A DNA stretch of 64,000 nucleotides from Eledone cirrhosa (GCA_964016885.1 OZ024759.1:29326001-29390000); one strand, 5' to 3'; counted from the stretch's first letter, positions 13,758 through 29,272 are shown. Notes: generated by a model from the sequence alone, not told the origin. Numbers and translations: made by a program.

Positions 13758-14816
13758 TCTTGTGACTCAGGCACTACCACCTTACACAATGGACTGGTTG
13801 CATCACCGTCTTCTAATCTATCTCTCTTATAGTGAATTCTTGATAATGTAAGCTACTCTGTGAGAGACAAATAATATATATATTCATATAACCCATAATT
13901 AGTGGAGAATAATTATTGAGAGGGTTGGATTAGTAATCGTGAAGTTGCGAGTTCAATTCTTGGACCGGGTGATGCATTGTGTCCTTGAGCAAGACACTTT
14001 ATTTCTTATTGTTCCTTCTGCCAAGTAGTTACAACCAGTAGATAGTATCAATGGAAAGATCAATGATAGTATCAATGGAAAGATCAATGGAAACAAAGGT
14101 TTCCTTGGTCCGATTTGACGAGGTCCACCCCACTCGGCAAGCAAATGCAGTTTGAGATTTTGTCGGTCTATCAGAGTAAGTGAGCGAATTAGAGTAGGAG
14201 CTGATTATTCTGTTTTGATTTTTATTACAATATAAATGTACCCTCATTTAACCCTTTTTGAGACAAACCCAGCTAAAACCAGCCTTGGTTCTGTGAAACA
14301 AAACCACCCATTTTAAAGAGATTCCAATTTAAATCAATATCTTATAACATAATTTCATATACGAACCACTTAGTACGAACATCTTAGTAAGAAAATAATT
14401 AATAGCTTTAGTAAATCCCTCAAAATCTTTCATTAATCAATCGAAATAGAGTGTATTTAATTAGAAATATGATTACAAAGTTAATTTTATTCCACACATT
14501 CCCCACTTGTAAAATATTCTGAAGAGCTAGAAACTTTTTGAACAGCAAAAGATAAAATAATAAACACACAAAAGTCAATTACTTCTAAGAGTTTTCTGTT
14601 TAGATTCTTCAATTCCAGATTTTTTGTAAGTATGGCCAGGTGTTTCTTCTTTTTTTTTCCGAGCCAAAGTTTTTGTTGAATCTTTTAAAACAAACTAAAA
14701 CGATTTTTCTTCAAAAGCAAAAGAGGGAGAGGAAAAAAAAAAAAAAAAGGTGCACGAGGTGTTGTTATTTTGTCATTATATATTGTAACATGTGTTTGTT
14801 GTTGTTCTTGTTGTAG

Positions 14817-14982
14817 AGTCAGTTAGCTGTGCCGGTTCGGGGTGAATATAATGTGTATAGTACTTTCCAAAGCCATGAACCAGAGTTCGACTACTTGAAA
14901 AGTCTGGAGATAGAAGAAAAAATTAATAAAATCAAATGGCTGAGAAGAACCAACCCAGCTCACTTTTTACTTTCTACTAATG
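14817..14982 (+). CDS. PPP2R2A: B55 exon [14 protein letters not shown]...FLLSTN (166 bp)
   Basis: ttgtag| acceptor, |gtaagt donor; phase 0 in, phase 1 out. Confidence 0.93.
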
Positions 14983-16522
14983 GTAAGTCTTGGAAATTTT
15001 TACTACATTTTCCTCACATACTGACCACTGAGCCTCACTCACACTGGCCATTATGACTCACACTGACCACGATGCCTCACTCACAGTGACCACTGAGCTT
15101 CACTCACATTGACCACCAAGCCTCACTCATATACTCACTTCCAAGTTTCACTCACCTAATGACTATTAAGCTTCCCTTATACTGACCATCAAGCTACATT
15201 CACATAGAACACCAAGCTTCACTCACACTGACTACTGGGTGTATTTTATCATTGTACCAACACTACCACCACTTTACAGAGTGTACTGGGTACAGTTTAT
15301 CATGACATCAGCTCTACCATGTTACAGAGTGGGCTTGGTGCATTTTATCGATTCCTGGGCTGAGTTGCATGTTGTGTTCTTGAGCAAAAACACTTCATTT
15401 CATGCTGCTTCAGTATACTCAGCTGAAAATGAGTACCAGCAATAGCAGGGGGGTTTAACCCTGTGATGAACTGATGCCCTGTCCAGGGGTAAGTCTGTAC
15501 TCTCGGTCACTTCACACCAGGAAACTGGGATAAGCACCAGCTCAACGCTCATTGCATGCAATTAAGCTACAAGTACACATAGAATTTTATGTGACATCAA
15601 GGAAAACGTGTGGTGCCTCTTATAGCATGGGAGTCATATATGAAACAAATATATATATTGATGATGATATATATCCATGCAGTATTACAGAAGACCCGCC
15701 TTCCCTATGTGCAAAGTTAACCTACAGTCAGTAGGCCCCTCCAAACCAAACACCCCCCAACACACTACCCTACTCCATCCTCCCACTCCCGCCAACACCA
15801 CCCTTTCCCTATAAAGTTATGTTGGTACCACAACATCCAGTCCAAACTAATGAGGTCGTGTAGGTGTCACGACAAAAAAAAAACACAGTCCGCGCTGTAA
15901 TGTAGCCGTGTAGGTAACACGGTAAAAAGCTCCCAGTCCACACTGTAAATGTGGTTGGTGTTAGGAAGGGCATCCAGCCGTAGAAAACCTGCCAGATAGT
16001 CCTATACGACCGAGACACGGTCAACTGACCAATCCTACCTCAGGTGGGACAACTCCCGTCTAACCCATGCTAGCGTGGAAGATGGACGTTAAACGATGGT
16101 GATGATGTGTGTGTGCATGTGTCTACACACACACACACACAGGCATATAATCACACTAAAGATTGAATCTGCTATGTCTGTCTTTGCTCCAGTTTTAAAA
16201 TCAGTGTTTTTAATTCAAAGCAATGTTTTGTTATGGATAAATTAAACACATTGTGTATATAGTGTTTAGGTGAGGAAATTCATTATCTAACTGCTCGTTA
16301 GTTTAACTTCGTTTATTGTAATTAAGCCAAGTTTAGTTACTTCCTATCTTGTTTCTATGGCTTTCAAGAAATCTGGCTACACTTAAATGACTTGTGCTTC
16401 TGTGTGTGTGCATGTGTATACATGTGTGTGTGTGTGTGTACATACATATGTATGTATGTGTGTATGCCTCTATGCATGTGTCTTTGTGTGTGCATGTGTA
16501 CAGGCCTGCCTGTATGTGTATA

Positions 16523-16602
<80 letters not shown>

Positions 16603-19600
16603 TAAGAGATATGTATCATAAGAATAGAGGAGAAAGAACTATGATATAATATATTAGATGCCTATAGCCGAAGCAAAGCATGCTTGATGCTTAGAGATGC
16701 AATGTGTGTGTGTTTCTGGAATCTAAATGCCTTAAAGTCGATTTGGCAAAGACCAAAATCTTAGTAAATAAAAAGGAAAACAGGGCCCATGAGGAAAATG
16801 GAAGCCCCACAAAGATTGGGAAAAAAATGAAGCAAGAATGCTCTGATGGATGTGAAATTGTAGGGTACACGAACAGAGGAAAAACTGGACATATGAGGGG
16901 TCAGGTGGAGTGTGTAAGAGTAGAGGCTGCTATGATGTGATACATATGAATGCTGTCAAATTTACAATAACCCTTTAAAGGTTTTAATTTGAATATGACC
17001 CTTTAAAAATGGGTGTTGTTGGTATCAGAGCACCCAATCCACACTGTAAGGTGTTTGTGCTGGTGACACAACACAAAACACCCAGTCCACCCTGTAAAGT
17101 GGTATAGTGTTGGACCCACAACAAAAAGCATCCAGCCCACTCTGTAAAGTGGTATAACGTTGGACCCACAACAAAAAGCACCCGGTCGTGGGACTGGGGA
17201 CCCCTAACATTAAAGCACCTCAAAAGTCTCCTATGAGACACGGAAGCTAAACCTGTATAAATGTGAACTGTAGGATTGGGGCCCCATTGAAATACCTGAG
17301 AAACCTCTGATGAGATGGCACCTAATAGGAGGCCAGCTAAAGCTACGTAGGTGTGAGCTGTAACAGCAGCTGCATGATTAGACTGCGGGCCCATATCATT
17401 AAGACCCCTCAATACCTCCTATGAGATACAACTTTGTAAGAGGCCAGCTAAACCTGTATAGGTGTGAGCTGTAACAACATGATAGGACTGGGACTCCTAT
17501 CATTAAAACACCCCAGAAACCTCCGATGAGACACAACCTTGTAAGAGGCCAGTTGAGTGTGTATAGGTGTGAGCTGTAACATTAACGTAATAGGACTGAG
17601 GCCTCTATCATTAAAGCATCTCGGAAATCTCCCTTATAAGAGGCCAACTAAACCTACATAGGTGTGAACTGTAACAACAACAGCCTGATAGGACAGAGCA
17701 CTCCTCTCATAAAACACTCAAGACATCACCTATGTCATGAAGCCTTGCAGGAGGCCAGCTTAAACTTACATAGGGGTGAACTGTAACAACAACAGCCTGA
17801 TAGGACAGAGCACTCCTCTCATAAAACACTCAAGACATCACCTATGTCATGAAGCCTTGCAGGAGGCCAGCTTAAACTTACATAGGGGTGAACTGCAAAT
17901 TTCACCCACCCCACCCCCTCTTCTCCTCGTTCGGGTATAAAAACTCCTTTATAAAAGCATGAGAGAGAGAGGGATATATATACACATCGATTAATAATAA
18001 TAATAACACTATTGTTTTCATTTCAGATAAGACTATAAAATTGTGGAAGGTGACAGAGCGCGATAAGCGACCGGAAGGTTACAACCTGAAAGACGAGGGT
18101 GGCCTCTCTCGAGACTCCACCAACATCACAGCTTTACGTGTACCAGTATTCAAACCTATGGAGCTGTTAGTAGAAGCGAGTCCTCGGCGTATATTTGCTA
18201 ATGCTCACACTTATCACATCAATTCCATCTCTGTCAACAGTGACCAGGAGACTTATTTATCAGCTGATGACCTTCGAATCAATTTATGGCATTTAGAAGT
18301 AACTGATCAAAGTTTCAGTATCCTTTTTTGGGTTTTTTGATATTACATACAATTTATGATAATACATACCATTTTTGATATTACATACAATTTATGATAA
18401 TACATACCATTTTTGATATTACATACAATTTATGATAATACATACCATTTTTGATATTACATACAATTTATGATAATACATACAATTTATGATATTACAT
18501 ACCATTTTTGATATTACATACTATTTTTGATAATACATACAATTTATGATAATACATACCATTTTTGATAATACATACAATTTATGATATTACATACCAT
18601 TTTTGATAGATGATGATACCATTTTTGATAATACATACAATTTATGATATTACATACCATTTTTGATATTACATACAATTTATGATAATACATACCATTT
18701 TTGATAATACATACCATTTTTGATAATACATACCATTTATGATAATACATACCATTTTTGATAATACATACCATTTTTGATAATACATACCATTTTTGAT
18801 AATACATACCATTTTTGATATTACATACCATTTTTGATATTACATACCATTTTTGATAATACCATTTTTGATAATACATACCATTTTTGATATTACATAC
18901 CATTTTTGATATTACATACCATTTTTGATATTACATACCATTTTTGATAATACATACCATTTTTGATAATACATACCATTTTTGATAATACATACCATTT
19001 ATGATATTACAAACCATTTTTGATAATACATACCATTTATGATAATACATACCATTTATGATAATACATACCATTTTTGATATTACATACCATTTTTGAT
19101 AATACATACCATTTTTGATAATACATACCATTTTTGATATTACATACCATTTTTCATTACATACCATTTTTGATAATACATACCATTTTTGATAATACAT
19201 ACCATTTTTGATATTACATACCATTTTTGATAATACATACCATTTTTGATAATACATACCATTTTTGATATTACATACCATTTTTGATATTACATACCAT
19301 TTTTGATAATACCATTTTTGATAATACATACCATTTTTGATATTACATACCATTTTTGATATTACATACCATTTTTGATATTACATACCATTTTTGATAA
19401 TACATACCATTTTTGATAATACATACCATTTTTGATAATACATACCATTTATGATAATACATACCATTTTTGATATTACAAACCATTTTTGATAATACAT
19501 ACCATTTATGATAATACATACCATTTATGATAATACATACCATTTTTGATAATACATACCATTTTTGATATTACATACCATTTTTGATAATACATACCAT

Positions 19601-20694
19601 TTTTGATAATACATACCATTTTTGATATTACATACCATTTTTCATTACATACCATTTTTGATAATACATACCATTTTTGATAATACATACCATTTTTGAT
19701 ATTACATACCATTTTTGATAATACATACCATTTTTGATAATACATACCATTTTTGATATTACATACCATTTTTCATTACATACCAATTTTGATAATACAT
19801 ACCATTTTTGATAATACATACCATTTTTGATATTACATACCATTTTTCATTACATACCATTTTTGATAATACATACCATTTTTGATATTACATACCATTT
19901 TTCATTACATACCAATTTTGATAATACACACCATTTATTATATAACATCATTTTTCATATTACATACCGATGTAATTGTTTTAGTTTCAACACACCTCAG
20001 TCACAGATCAAGTCACTTACATATACAACTGTGGCTAAAATGACTGTGGCTATGATGTCATTGTTTTAGTTTCAACACAACACTGTCTCAGACCAAGTCA
20101 TTTGTACAACTGTGGCTAAAATGACTTCCACAATGTATTAGCTACAACACAACGCAGTTTCAAATCAAATCATTTGCCAGACATATACAACTGTGGCTAA
20201 AATGACTCTTCCATGATGTCATTGTTTTAGTTTCAACACAACACTGTCTCAGACCAAGTCACTTGTACAACTGTGGCTAAAATGACTTCCACAATGTATT
20301 AGCTACAACACAACGCAGTTTCAAATCAAATCATTTGCCAGACATATACAACTGTGGCTAAAATGACTCTTCCATGATGTCATTGTTTTAGTTTCAACAC
20401 AACACTTGCCAGACGTGCTCTTATTTTGCTTTTCTCTTTTGAAATATAAAAATAAAAATAAAAATGAATGAAATGTTATTGCAAAGACTTTACAACAACA
20501 ACAATACCAATATCAACATCATCATCACTAACAACACTATCAACATCAACATCACCAACAGCATTATCAAGTGGTGCTATTAGGTTAGACATGACCTGGG
20601 CCTATGCTGGCCGAAACCTGTCTAAGTTATTAACACCACCAACAGCATTATCATCATGAACATCAACACCACCATCCCCATCATCACCAACAAA

Positions 20695-20743
<49 letters not shown>

Positions 20744-21475
20744 ACAAAAGAATGTCCTTAATGAATTGTTCAGATATTGTTGATATCAAGCCTGCCAACA
20801 TGGAAGAGTTGACAGAAGTTATAACTGCAGCTGAATTCCACCCTACAGAGTGTAGTCTATTTGTATATAGCAGTAGTAAAGGAACTATTAGACTATGTGA
20901 TATGAGAGCACAAGCTTTGTGTGACCGACATGCGAAATGTAGGAGCTCTTTCTTTCCTTGTGTTTTTTGTCTTTAATTAATTCACATTGCTTCCCTCTTT
21001 CTCTATCTCACTTTCTCTCTACCTGTGTCTATCTATCTATCTGTGTCTCTCTAGCTATTGCTCTCTATCTACCTCACAAGGAGGCGAATTGGTAGAGTCG
21101 TTAGAACATCAGATAGAATGCTTTGCTGTATTCATCCTGGTTCTCTGCTCTCTCGGAATTCAAATCCTGTCAAGGTCAACTTTACCTTTCATCCATTTGA
21201 GGTTGATAAAAAAAAATAAAAAAATAAGTACCAGTCTAGTACTGAGGTCGTTTCTTCCTCTATATTTCTTTCTCACTTTCATTCTCTCACTCTCTCTATC
21301 CTTCTCTCGAAGAAATTTGCTGTATTCAAACCTGGAGAGGAGATGGGGCTCTGCTGGGTTTTAAAATGCCCTAGGAATGTTGTATGTCAATATGCCACAC
21401 TACGGCTCCCTCAGGAGTTACAGGGGGAAAAAAGAGAAACATACCTATCTACTTGTCTCTCTATTTATCTCTCTC

Positions 21476-21519
<44 letters not shown>

Positions 21520-24500
21520 TCTATCATCTATCTATCTATCTCTCACTCTCCCTCTGTCTTTATTTTTAATGTATTTATCTTTTAATGATGGCTGTATTGT
21601 AATTCTTTTTTTTAAAGTGACCAAAGAGAGACCCTGTAGTGTAGATACACGTGTTAGTGGTTAGAGTATTGGACTCACTGACACAAGATCATAGGGTCGA
21701 TACCTGGACTTAGGTGATACATTGTGTTCTTGAGCAAGACACTTCATTTCACATTGCTTTTCATGAGAGGACTGGGTCCTTATCATGAAAACGCTCGAGG
21801 AAAACTTCTTATGGGGTGCAACTTCATAGAAGGCCAGCTAAACCTGCATAGGCATGAAGTGTAGGGTTAACAGAACCAATCCTTAAGTTCTGTTGAGGAT
21901 ATAACAGCCTCTCTGGTGCTAGTGCCATTATAACATGCAGTCAGTGCACTCTGTAAAATGGCTGAGACGACTTAGGGTTGCAAGTGTATTGGGAGTATTT
22001 TATCATGGCACCAGCACCAGGGAGGTTGTTGTGTTCTTGAAACAACTGGCGATTCCTATGTTTAGCAAGATTTTTTATGGCTAGATACCCTTCTGTCACT
22101 TGATTTATTTAGTTAGATTAGCTGGAAATGGGGCCTTAACACATACACTAATAGCTTATATACATTGCTCCTGTACACATACACTGGTTGCTTATAGACA
22201 CTGTCCTGTATATACACAAACACTGGTTGCTTATAGACACTGTCCTGTATATACACAAACACTGGTAGCTTATAGACACTGTCCTGTATACACACACTAT
22301 GTTGATCAAATATTATGTTACTGTTTTTTTGTTCAATTGTTTAGATAACTTCAGTTGAACAATTAAATCTATTTTTCTCTTGAGATAAGTTGGGGGAAGC
22401 AATGCTGCCATGATATCAGCCATGAGTTATCTCCTCTTAACACTTAACGTCCTGTACCACAAAATAGCATTAGTAAGACATTCTTGAAAATATGTTTTGC
22501 CCCTTTTCCATTAATTTCATTCAACTTGATTTATCACAATGCAGCACAGCATTTTCTCATTTCTCTGACTATTATTAAATCCCTCCAAATTTTTGAAATA
22601 TATAGGCTGTGTCTTTCATTAGAAATATGGTAACAAAAGGGTTAAAACCCCCTTCTAATTCCATACATAATTCAAGCAACTGAAATGGGGTTCCTCTGAA
22701 GGGTTATTGGAGTAATGTTACTTGAAAGAATGTATAGCTTGGAAATCAGAGAGTCAATCCAGGTAGAACCACTACTTCTCCAAATTGAGAGATCACAGCT
22801 GCGATCTTATGGACATGTTGGAATGGGGTTCCTTTGAAGGGTCTTTGAGGTGATGTTACTCAATAGTGCGTAGCTTGGAGATCAGAGAGTCACTCCAGGT
22901 AGAGCTGTTACTTCACCGAATTGAGCTCTGATATTATGATCATGTAGTTAAAATGTCTCAGGACAAGAATCGCTGGACAAATTTTACTGGCAAAACTCAC
23001 CGGCTGGGTACCCAGGGGGTAGACCCCGAGCAAGATGGTTGAATGACATCCATGAGCTTGGTTGGTCTCGCTTGGAGATCTAGCTGGATTAGTTGTACGA
23101 TTGCTTTTGTAAGGAGTGTTTGAGGACTCTGCCCCCGCGACCCTCTCAGGAATAAGTGGACAAAGAAGAACAACATAGCATCACTATAACAATATATGAC
23201 TTGACATGTCAGCTTCAAAGAAGAACACACAGAAATCAAGCTTGTCTCTAATGAATCGTTTTCTCTGTCATTTTGTTTTCTCTTCTCTTCTTTCAGTATT
23301 TGAAGAACCAGAAGATCCAACAAACCGAAGCTTTTTCTCAGAAATCATCTCTAGTATATCTGATGTAAAGTTTAGTCATAACGGCCGATACATGATAACG
23401 AGAGATTATCTGTCGGTGAAAGTTTGGGATTTGCAGATGGATTCCCGGCCGATAGAAACTTACCAAGTGCACGAATACCTCCGCAATAAGCTTTGCTCAC
23501 TATATGAAAATGACTGTATATTTGATAAATTTGAATGTGCTTGGAGTGGAGGAGACCGGTAAGTGTCCTTAAGGGTGTTTTTTTTTTAAATGTATATTTT
23601 TGTAATTTTCTTCATCTTCATCACCACTACTACCAAAATCATCATCACCACCTCTATCATCATCATCATCATCATCATCATTATCATCTTCATTGCCATC
23701 ATCATGATTATTATCACCTCCCCCCACATCATCACCATTATCGCCTTCATCCCCATCATCTCCATCTTATATATATTTTATATATATTGTATGTATCCTG
23801 TTTAAAATAGCTAGGCTGTTTCTCTGCATAAAGAGGTGACTAAAAAATGTTGGTTCCATGAATGGCATCTGGTTGTAAACTGCGCCCCATGAAGTTAGAA
23901 AGGGGCCCCTTTGATGTGTAATGAAGTCTGTTGTGGAGTTGCAGCACTAATCCTTTTCTTGATGGGGAAATGGGCACATATCAATGTGACCAGAAACAGC
24001 TCTGGTTCTATGAAACAAAACTACCAGTTTAAAAAGGTTCCTATTTATATTGTAATTTTCCAACATAATTTGATATAAAACCAGCCCTTCTTCCATCAAT
24101 TCTTTGAAATAGATTATGAAATATGGTCACAAAGGGGTTTTTAAATACTTGTTTTTGTTGTGTTTGTATTATATATATTGTGTGTGTAGATGTATGTCGT
24201 GTATATGTAGCCAATCTCTCGGACTTTTACAAAGTGCTGGGGGGATAAAGTTAATATAAAGAGTGGTGTGGTCATGTACAGAGATACTATATATAATAGG
24301 GTGAAGACCCTTAAAAACGAGAAAGGCTGTTGCTATTGGCTGCTATAAGGAATTAAATTAGTCGCTATCTGGGAGATACCAATGGCCACTTATTTTTCCA
24401 TCTTTAACCCTTTAGTGTTCAAACCGGCCCAAACCAGCCGCAATTATTTCCCCTTCATATGTTCAATCCGCCTGAAACACCCACACTAAAATATTGTTCT

Positions 24501-25903
24501 AAAAATAAACAATACCGTCATCAAAATCTCGTCAATTCGAGATAACTGCGAGATTAGGCCCTTACCGCGAAAATTAACACTTAATATAGTGAAACAACTT
24601 AAAACACATGTTTTTTTAACGTTGAAAGTAGAACAGATTTTTTGTGTATCAACATGGCTTGTGAAAGTAGCGATACCGACTTTGAAGGTTTTACACACAA
24701 CAGCATTCAGAATGAATAAGAAACAAAAGATAATATTAGTGATTTATCCTCAAATGAATCGGATGTTTACATTTCTGAAATTTCATCCGACGATGATTGT
24801 TGTTTTGAAAGTGAAAACGAAGGAGACTCCAGGACGCCATTGAAAATATTACGTGGTTGAAAAATACCACACCAATATATGTTCCAGATTTTATTCAAAA
24901 TACTGGTCCACAACACACATTACCTCCCGATACTAAAGCACTGGATTATTTCTTTTTGTTTTTACCACAAACTTTCTTCGAAGTTGTGGCAGAAGAGATT
25001 AATCGATATGCCCAACAACAGATTTCAAATTGAGGAAAACCTGATCTGTTTGGCGACCAACAGATACTGTGGAAATGCAAGCATTTTTTACCGTAAATAT
25101 TATGTTTGGTATAAAACAATTTCCAAGACTGTGGAATTACTGGTGCACTGATATAAGGTTTAGTGATCCTTATATATCAAGTATTATGCCGAAAACAACG
25201 TATTTAAAATTAAACCAGTATTTGCACCTGGTTGATACTTCAAATGCCCCTATTAATTAATTTCACCTGGTTGATACTTCAAATGCCCCTATTAATTAAT
25301 TTCACCTGCCCATAAAAGTCAAATTTAACCAAAAAAAATCAGGTAAAATTATATAATTGTAAATTATTGATATTTAAACATCTACTGACAAAATTTCAAG
25401 CCTTGCACATAGAAAATTAAGAAAATTACAAACAAATAAAATTGATAACTCTCTTGAATACGAAAATAATGTGATCAGATAAGCATGGTATTTGAAAATT
25501 AATGTGAATGCTAAAGAGTTAAACTAATATATTTCTTCATTGTACTGTGTCGTTTGCTTTGTTATTCCTGTTTACTTTTTACGTATATATATTATATAAT
25601 ATTCTTTTTTCTTTCTCTTCCCACAGGTACATTATGACTGGTTCTTACAACAATTTCTTTCGCATGTTTGACAGAGAAACTAAACGTGATATAACTTTAG
25701 AGGCATGCCGTGAAAATATGAGAACAAGGACTATATTAAAACCTAGGAAAGTTTGTACTGGCAGCAAGCGTAAGAAAGATGAAATTAGCGTTGACTGTTT
25801 AGACTTTAGCAAAAAGATTCTTCACACTGCCTGGCATCCTTTGGAAAACATTTTGGCTGTTGCTGCTACTAATAATTTGTATATTTTCCATAGTAAAGAT
25901 TAG
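14817..25903 (+). CDS. PPP2R2A: PP2A regulatory subunit B55 (PPP2R2/twins), 5'-partial, spliced: join(14817-14982,18027-18317,20774-20938,23297-23558,25627-25903)
   Basis: Exons translate to B55 hallmark peptides ([89 protein letters not shown]). All junctions are GT-AG and phase-compatible. The N-terminal exons were not found in the window. The paralogue letter is nominal. Confidence 0.96.
18027..18317 (+). CDS. PPP2R2A: B55 exon (D)KTIKLWK...TDQSF
   Basis: tttcag| acceptor; ends at the U12-type donor |GTATCCTTTT. Confidence 0.94.
18318..20773 (+). other. U12-type (minor spliceosome) GT-AG intron of the B55 gene
   Basis: 5' site GTATCCTTT; branch site TCCTTAAT at 20755-20762, about 12 nt from the AG; no polypyrimidine tract ((ATC)n instead). 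Confidence 0.9.
18333..19930. repeat. 19-bp minisatellite CCATTTTTGATAWTACATA, about 84 copies
   Basis: Explains the 19-aa-period ORFs on the minus strand. Confidence 0.97.
20774..20938 (+). CDS. PPP2R2A: B55 exon (N)[11 protein letters not shown]...DRHAK
   Basis: TCCTTAAT branch site then cag|; donor |gtagga; reading frame continuous. Confidence 0.94.
23297..23558 (+). CDS. PPP2R2A: B55 exon (L)FEEPEDP...WSGGD(R)
   Basis: Pyrimidine tract plus tttcag|, donor |gtaagt. Confidence 0.95.
24404..25522 (+). mobile_element. Degenerate piggyBac DNA transposon with transposase remnant
   Basis: TTAA at both ends; TIRs CCCTTTAGTGTTCA / TGAATGCTAAAGAG; frameshifted PGBD-like peptide ([14 protein letters not shown]...PYISSIMPK...YLHLVD). 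Confidence 0.8.
25627..25903 (+). CDS. PPP2R2A: B55 last coding exon YIMTGSYNN...YIFHSKD*
   Basis: ccacag| acceptor, TAG stop at 25901-25903. Confidence 0.95.
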
Positions 25904-26537
25904 CAGCTAGTGCTGTTTAATTTTTTTCTACCCCTTCCTTCCCATATAGGAATCTTTCCTCTTCCTTCTCCCTATCTCTCCCCCCTCCTCTTCTCTCACT
26001 ATATATATCCCTCTCTCTTTTTCTCTATATATATATCTCCCCATCTCTCATATATATATATATATCCCTCTCTTTCCCTCCTCCTCCAGTCATTTCTCTC
26101 TCTCTCCCTATCTCTTTCTCTTCAATTTTTGAACTGCCAAAATAAAAAAAAAATAAAATATATAATAATAAAGGTAAAACTGACCAGCCAGGAACTCAAT
26201 ATTTTGTCCTTCATAACTGATGAAATAGTGGAATTGAATTGAATTATTAAAAATATAACAGCAGCAACAACAACAACACAGAAAGAAAACCTATCTCTCC
26301 TCCCAAATAAAAACCCCTCACAACAATGGAAGAGAAAAATAGCAAAAAGAAAGAAGAAAAAAGATCAAAAATAAAACAGGAAAAAAACATAACAAATTAA
26401 AAAACAAATATAAAGAAAAAAAGGAGCTTAAACAAAAAAAGAAAACAATGAAAAGAACCTCCCTCACCTCACCTTCCTCCCCGAAACCCAACCTAAACCC
26501 CTTTCCCACTGGTGTAAGTGCTCCAGCTGTGTGTGTG

Positions 26538-26581
<44 letters not shown>

Positions 26582-27118
26582 CATATGTATACGTATATAT
26601 ATACACACACATACACGTGTATGTATATATATAATCTTATATTGTTGGATAGGTTTGCGTAAGGAATAGTATATAATGCTATATATTATGACGTGTGTGT
26701 GTGTATATATACATATGACATGTATGTATATATATGAGGACATATATATTGTATATATACATATATGTATGAAGACATATATATCTATAGGTATATATAT
26801 ATATATATATACATATATGTGTGTGTGTGTATACACACACACACATACATGTGTATGTATATATATAATGTTATATTGTTGGATAGGTTTGTGTAAGGAA
26901 TAGTATATAATACTATATATTATATGACGTGTGTGTGTATATATACATATGACATGTATGTATATATATGAGGACATATATATTGTATATATACATATAT
27001 GTATGAAGACATATCTATAGATATATATATATATATATATATGTGTGTGTATATATATGAGGACATATATATTGTATATATACATATATGTATGAAGACA
27101 TATTTATGTATAGGTATC

Positions 27119-27154
<36 letters not shown>

Positions 27155-27161
27155 TGTATAG

Positions 27162-27196
<35 letters not shown>

Positions 27197-27333
27197 CACA
27201 CACACATGTATATATATATATATATCATGCTGGCTGCTTTACAGGTATGTTGTGAGAAGTTGTTTTAAACTTCATCGGCCTTTATTTGGTCATTCTCGTT
27301 CCTCTAAAGAGCAGTATTATTATTATCATTATT

Positions 27334-27523
27334 ATGGCGGCGGGTTGGCAGTATCGGTAGAGCATCAGACACCATGCTTTGCAGCATAGGGTTATGGCCC
27401 TTTACATTCTGAGTTCAAATCCTGATGAGGTTAACTTTGCCTTTCATCCTTACGGGGGCCGATAAAATAAAGTACCAGTAATGCACTGGGGTAATTGCTG
27501 GCCTTGTGCCAAAAGTAGAAACA

Positions 27524-27555
<32 letters not shown>
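27334..27555 (+). mobile_element. tRNA-derived SINE family B ((ATT)n tail)
   Basis: TGGCAGTATCGG...GAGTTCAAATCC...GCCTTTCATCC...GATAAAATAAAGTACC; copies near 423-700, 7610-8215, 21080-21250, 40125-40325, 40965-41160, 41205-41375(-), 48115-48300(-). Confidence 0.85.
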
Positions 27556-28004
27556 CATGATCATCATTATTATTATTATTGCAGCCCAACAACGTTCCAT
27601 TTCTGCCTACTGCCAGTGAACCGAGTTGACCATCGTCACCCCGAGTTATTTCTGACTGGTGGTCACTTCAACTGAGGCCATCAGCTGTGGCCCGAGGTTG
27701 ATCAAGTGCTAACCTACACCACACCACACCACATCACACATTGAATGAGGTCAGTGTGTCTGGAGTGTCCAAGAGGCAGAATCAAGGAGGGCAGGAGGGT
27801 CTGTTGAAAAGAGAATAAAATGGGTATGGCTGGTGTTCTATTATGTATGTGTGTGTGTGTGTGTGTGTGTATTGGTATGATTATGTGTGTGTATGTGTGT
27901 TTCAAAGATTGTGTTTATATTGCACAGTATTGAAAATGTGTGTGCGTGTGTGTGTGTGTGTGTAAGGGGAGATCCTGAAAAAGCCAACTTGTTTATTACA
28001 TGGC

Positions 28005-28740
<736 letters not shown>

Positions 28741-29225
28741 GGTGATTGTGGGAGCTGGCCAACCGCGTGTGTGTGTGTGTTGGTGGGAGGGGGATGGATG
28801 GTGAAAAAAAATGTCCCAATAAAAAAAAAAATCCAATAAAAAAATTATCCTCCAAAACCCACCCAACAAGCTCTTCTTAAACCAGATTTCTTAATTTAGT
28901 CTTCAATGTGTGAAGTAGGGGCTGAGATCCATTCCCCCCTCTCTTCACTGCATCGCCTCTTCTCAATATATTTGCAATAATTTGATCCTAAATCTCTTTA
29001 AGAAAATATAAAAAATAAATTTTCAAAAATGAAAAAAAAAAAAACAAACAGCAAGCTTCGCTTATTTTGAAAAATTTCTGTTGATTTTTTTGGCAGCAAT
29101 AAAATTGTTTTTTTTTTTTAATTTTTTTTTTTTAAATTTTCAAACTTCACAAAGATAATTATCCAATTTTCTTTTTGTTTCTCTCTTTCTTTCTCTCTCT
29201 TTCTTTCTTTCTCTCTCTCTCTCTC

Positions 29226-29272
<47 letters not shown>

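Noticed and set aside
18544-19843. Periodic [19 protein letters not shown] ORFs
   Set aside because: Read-through of a 19-bp minisatellite (3 units = 19 codons).
27422-27428. CTGATGA matches here and at ~17308, ~26217, ~54873 and ~57061(-)
   Set aside because: No hairpin-GAAA-UH or stem I; these are SINE variants, transposase remnant or chance matches.
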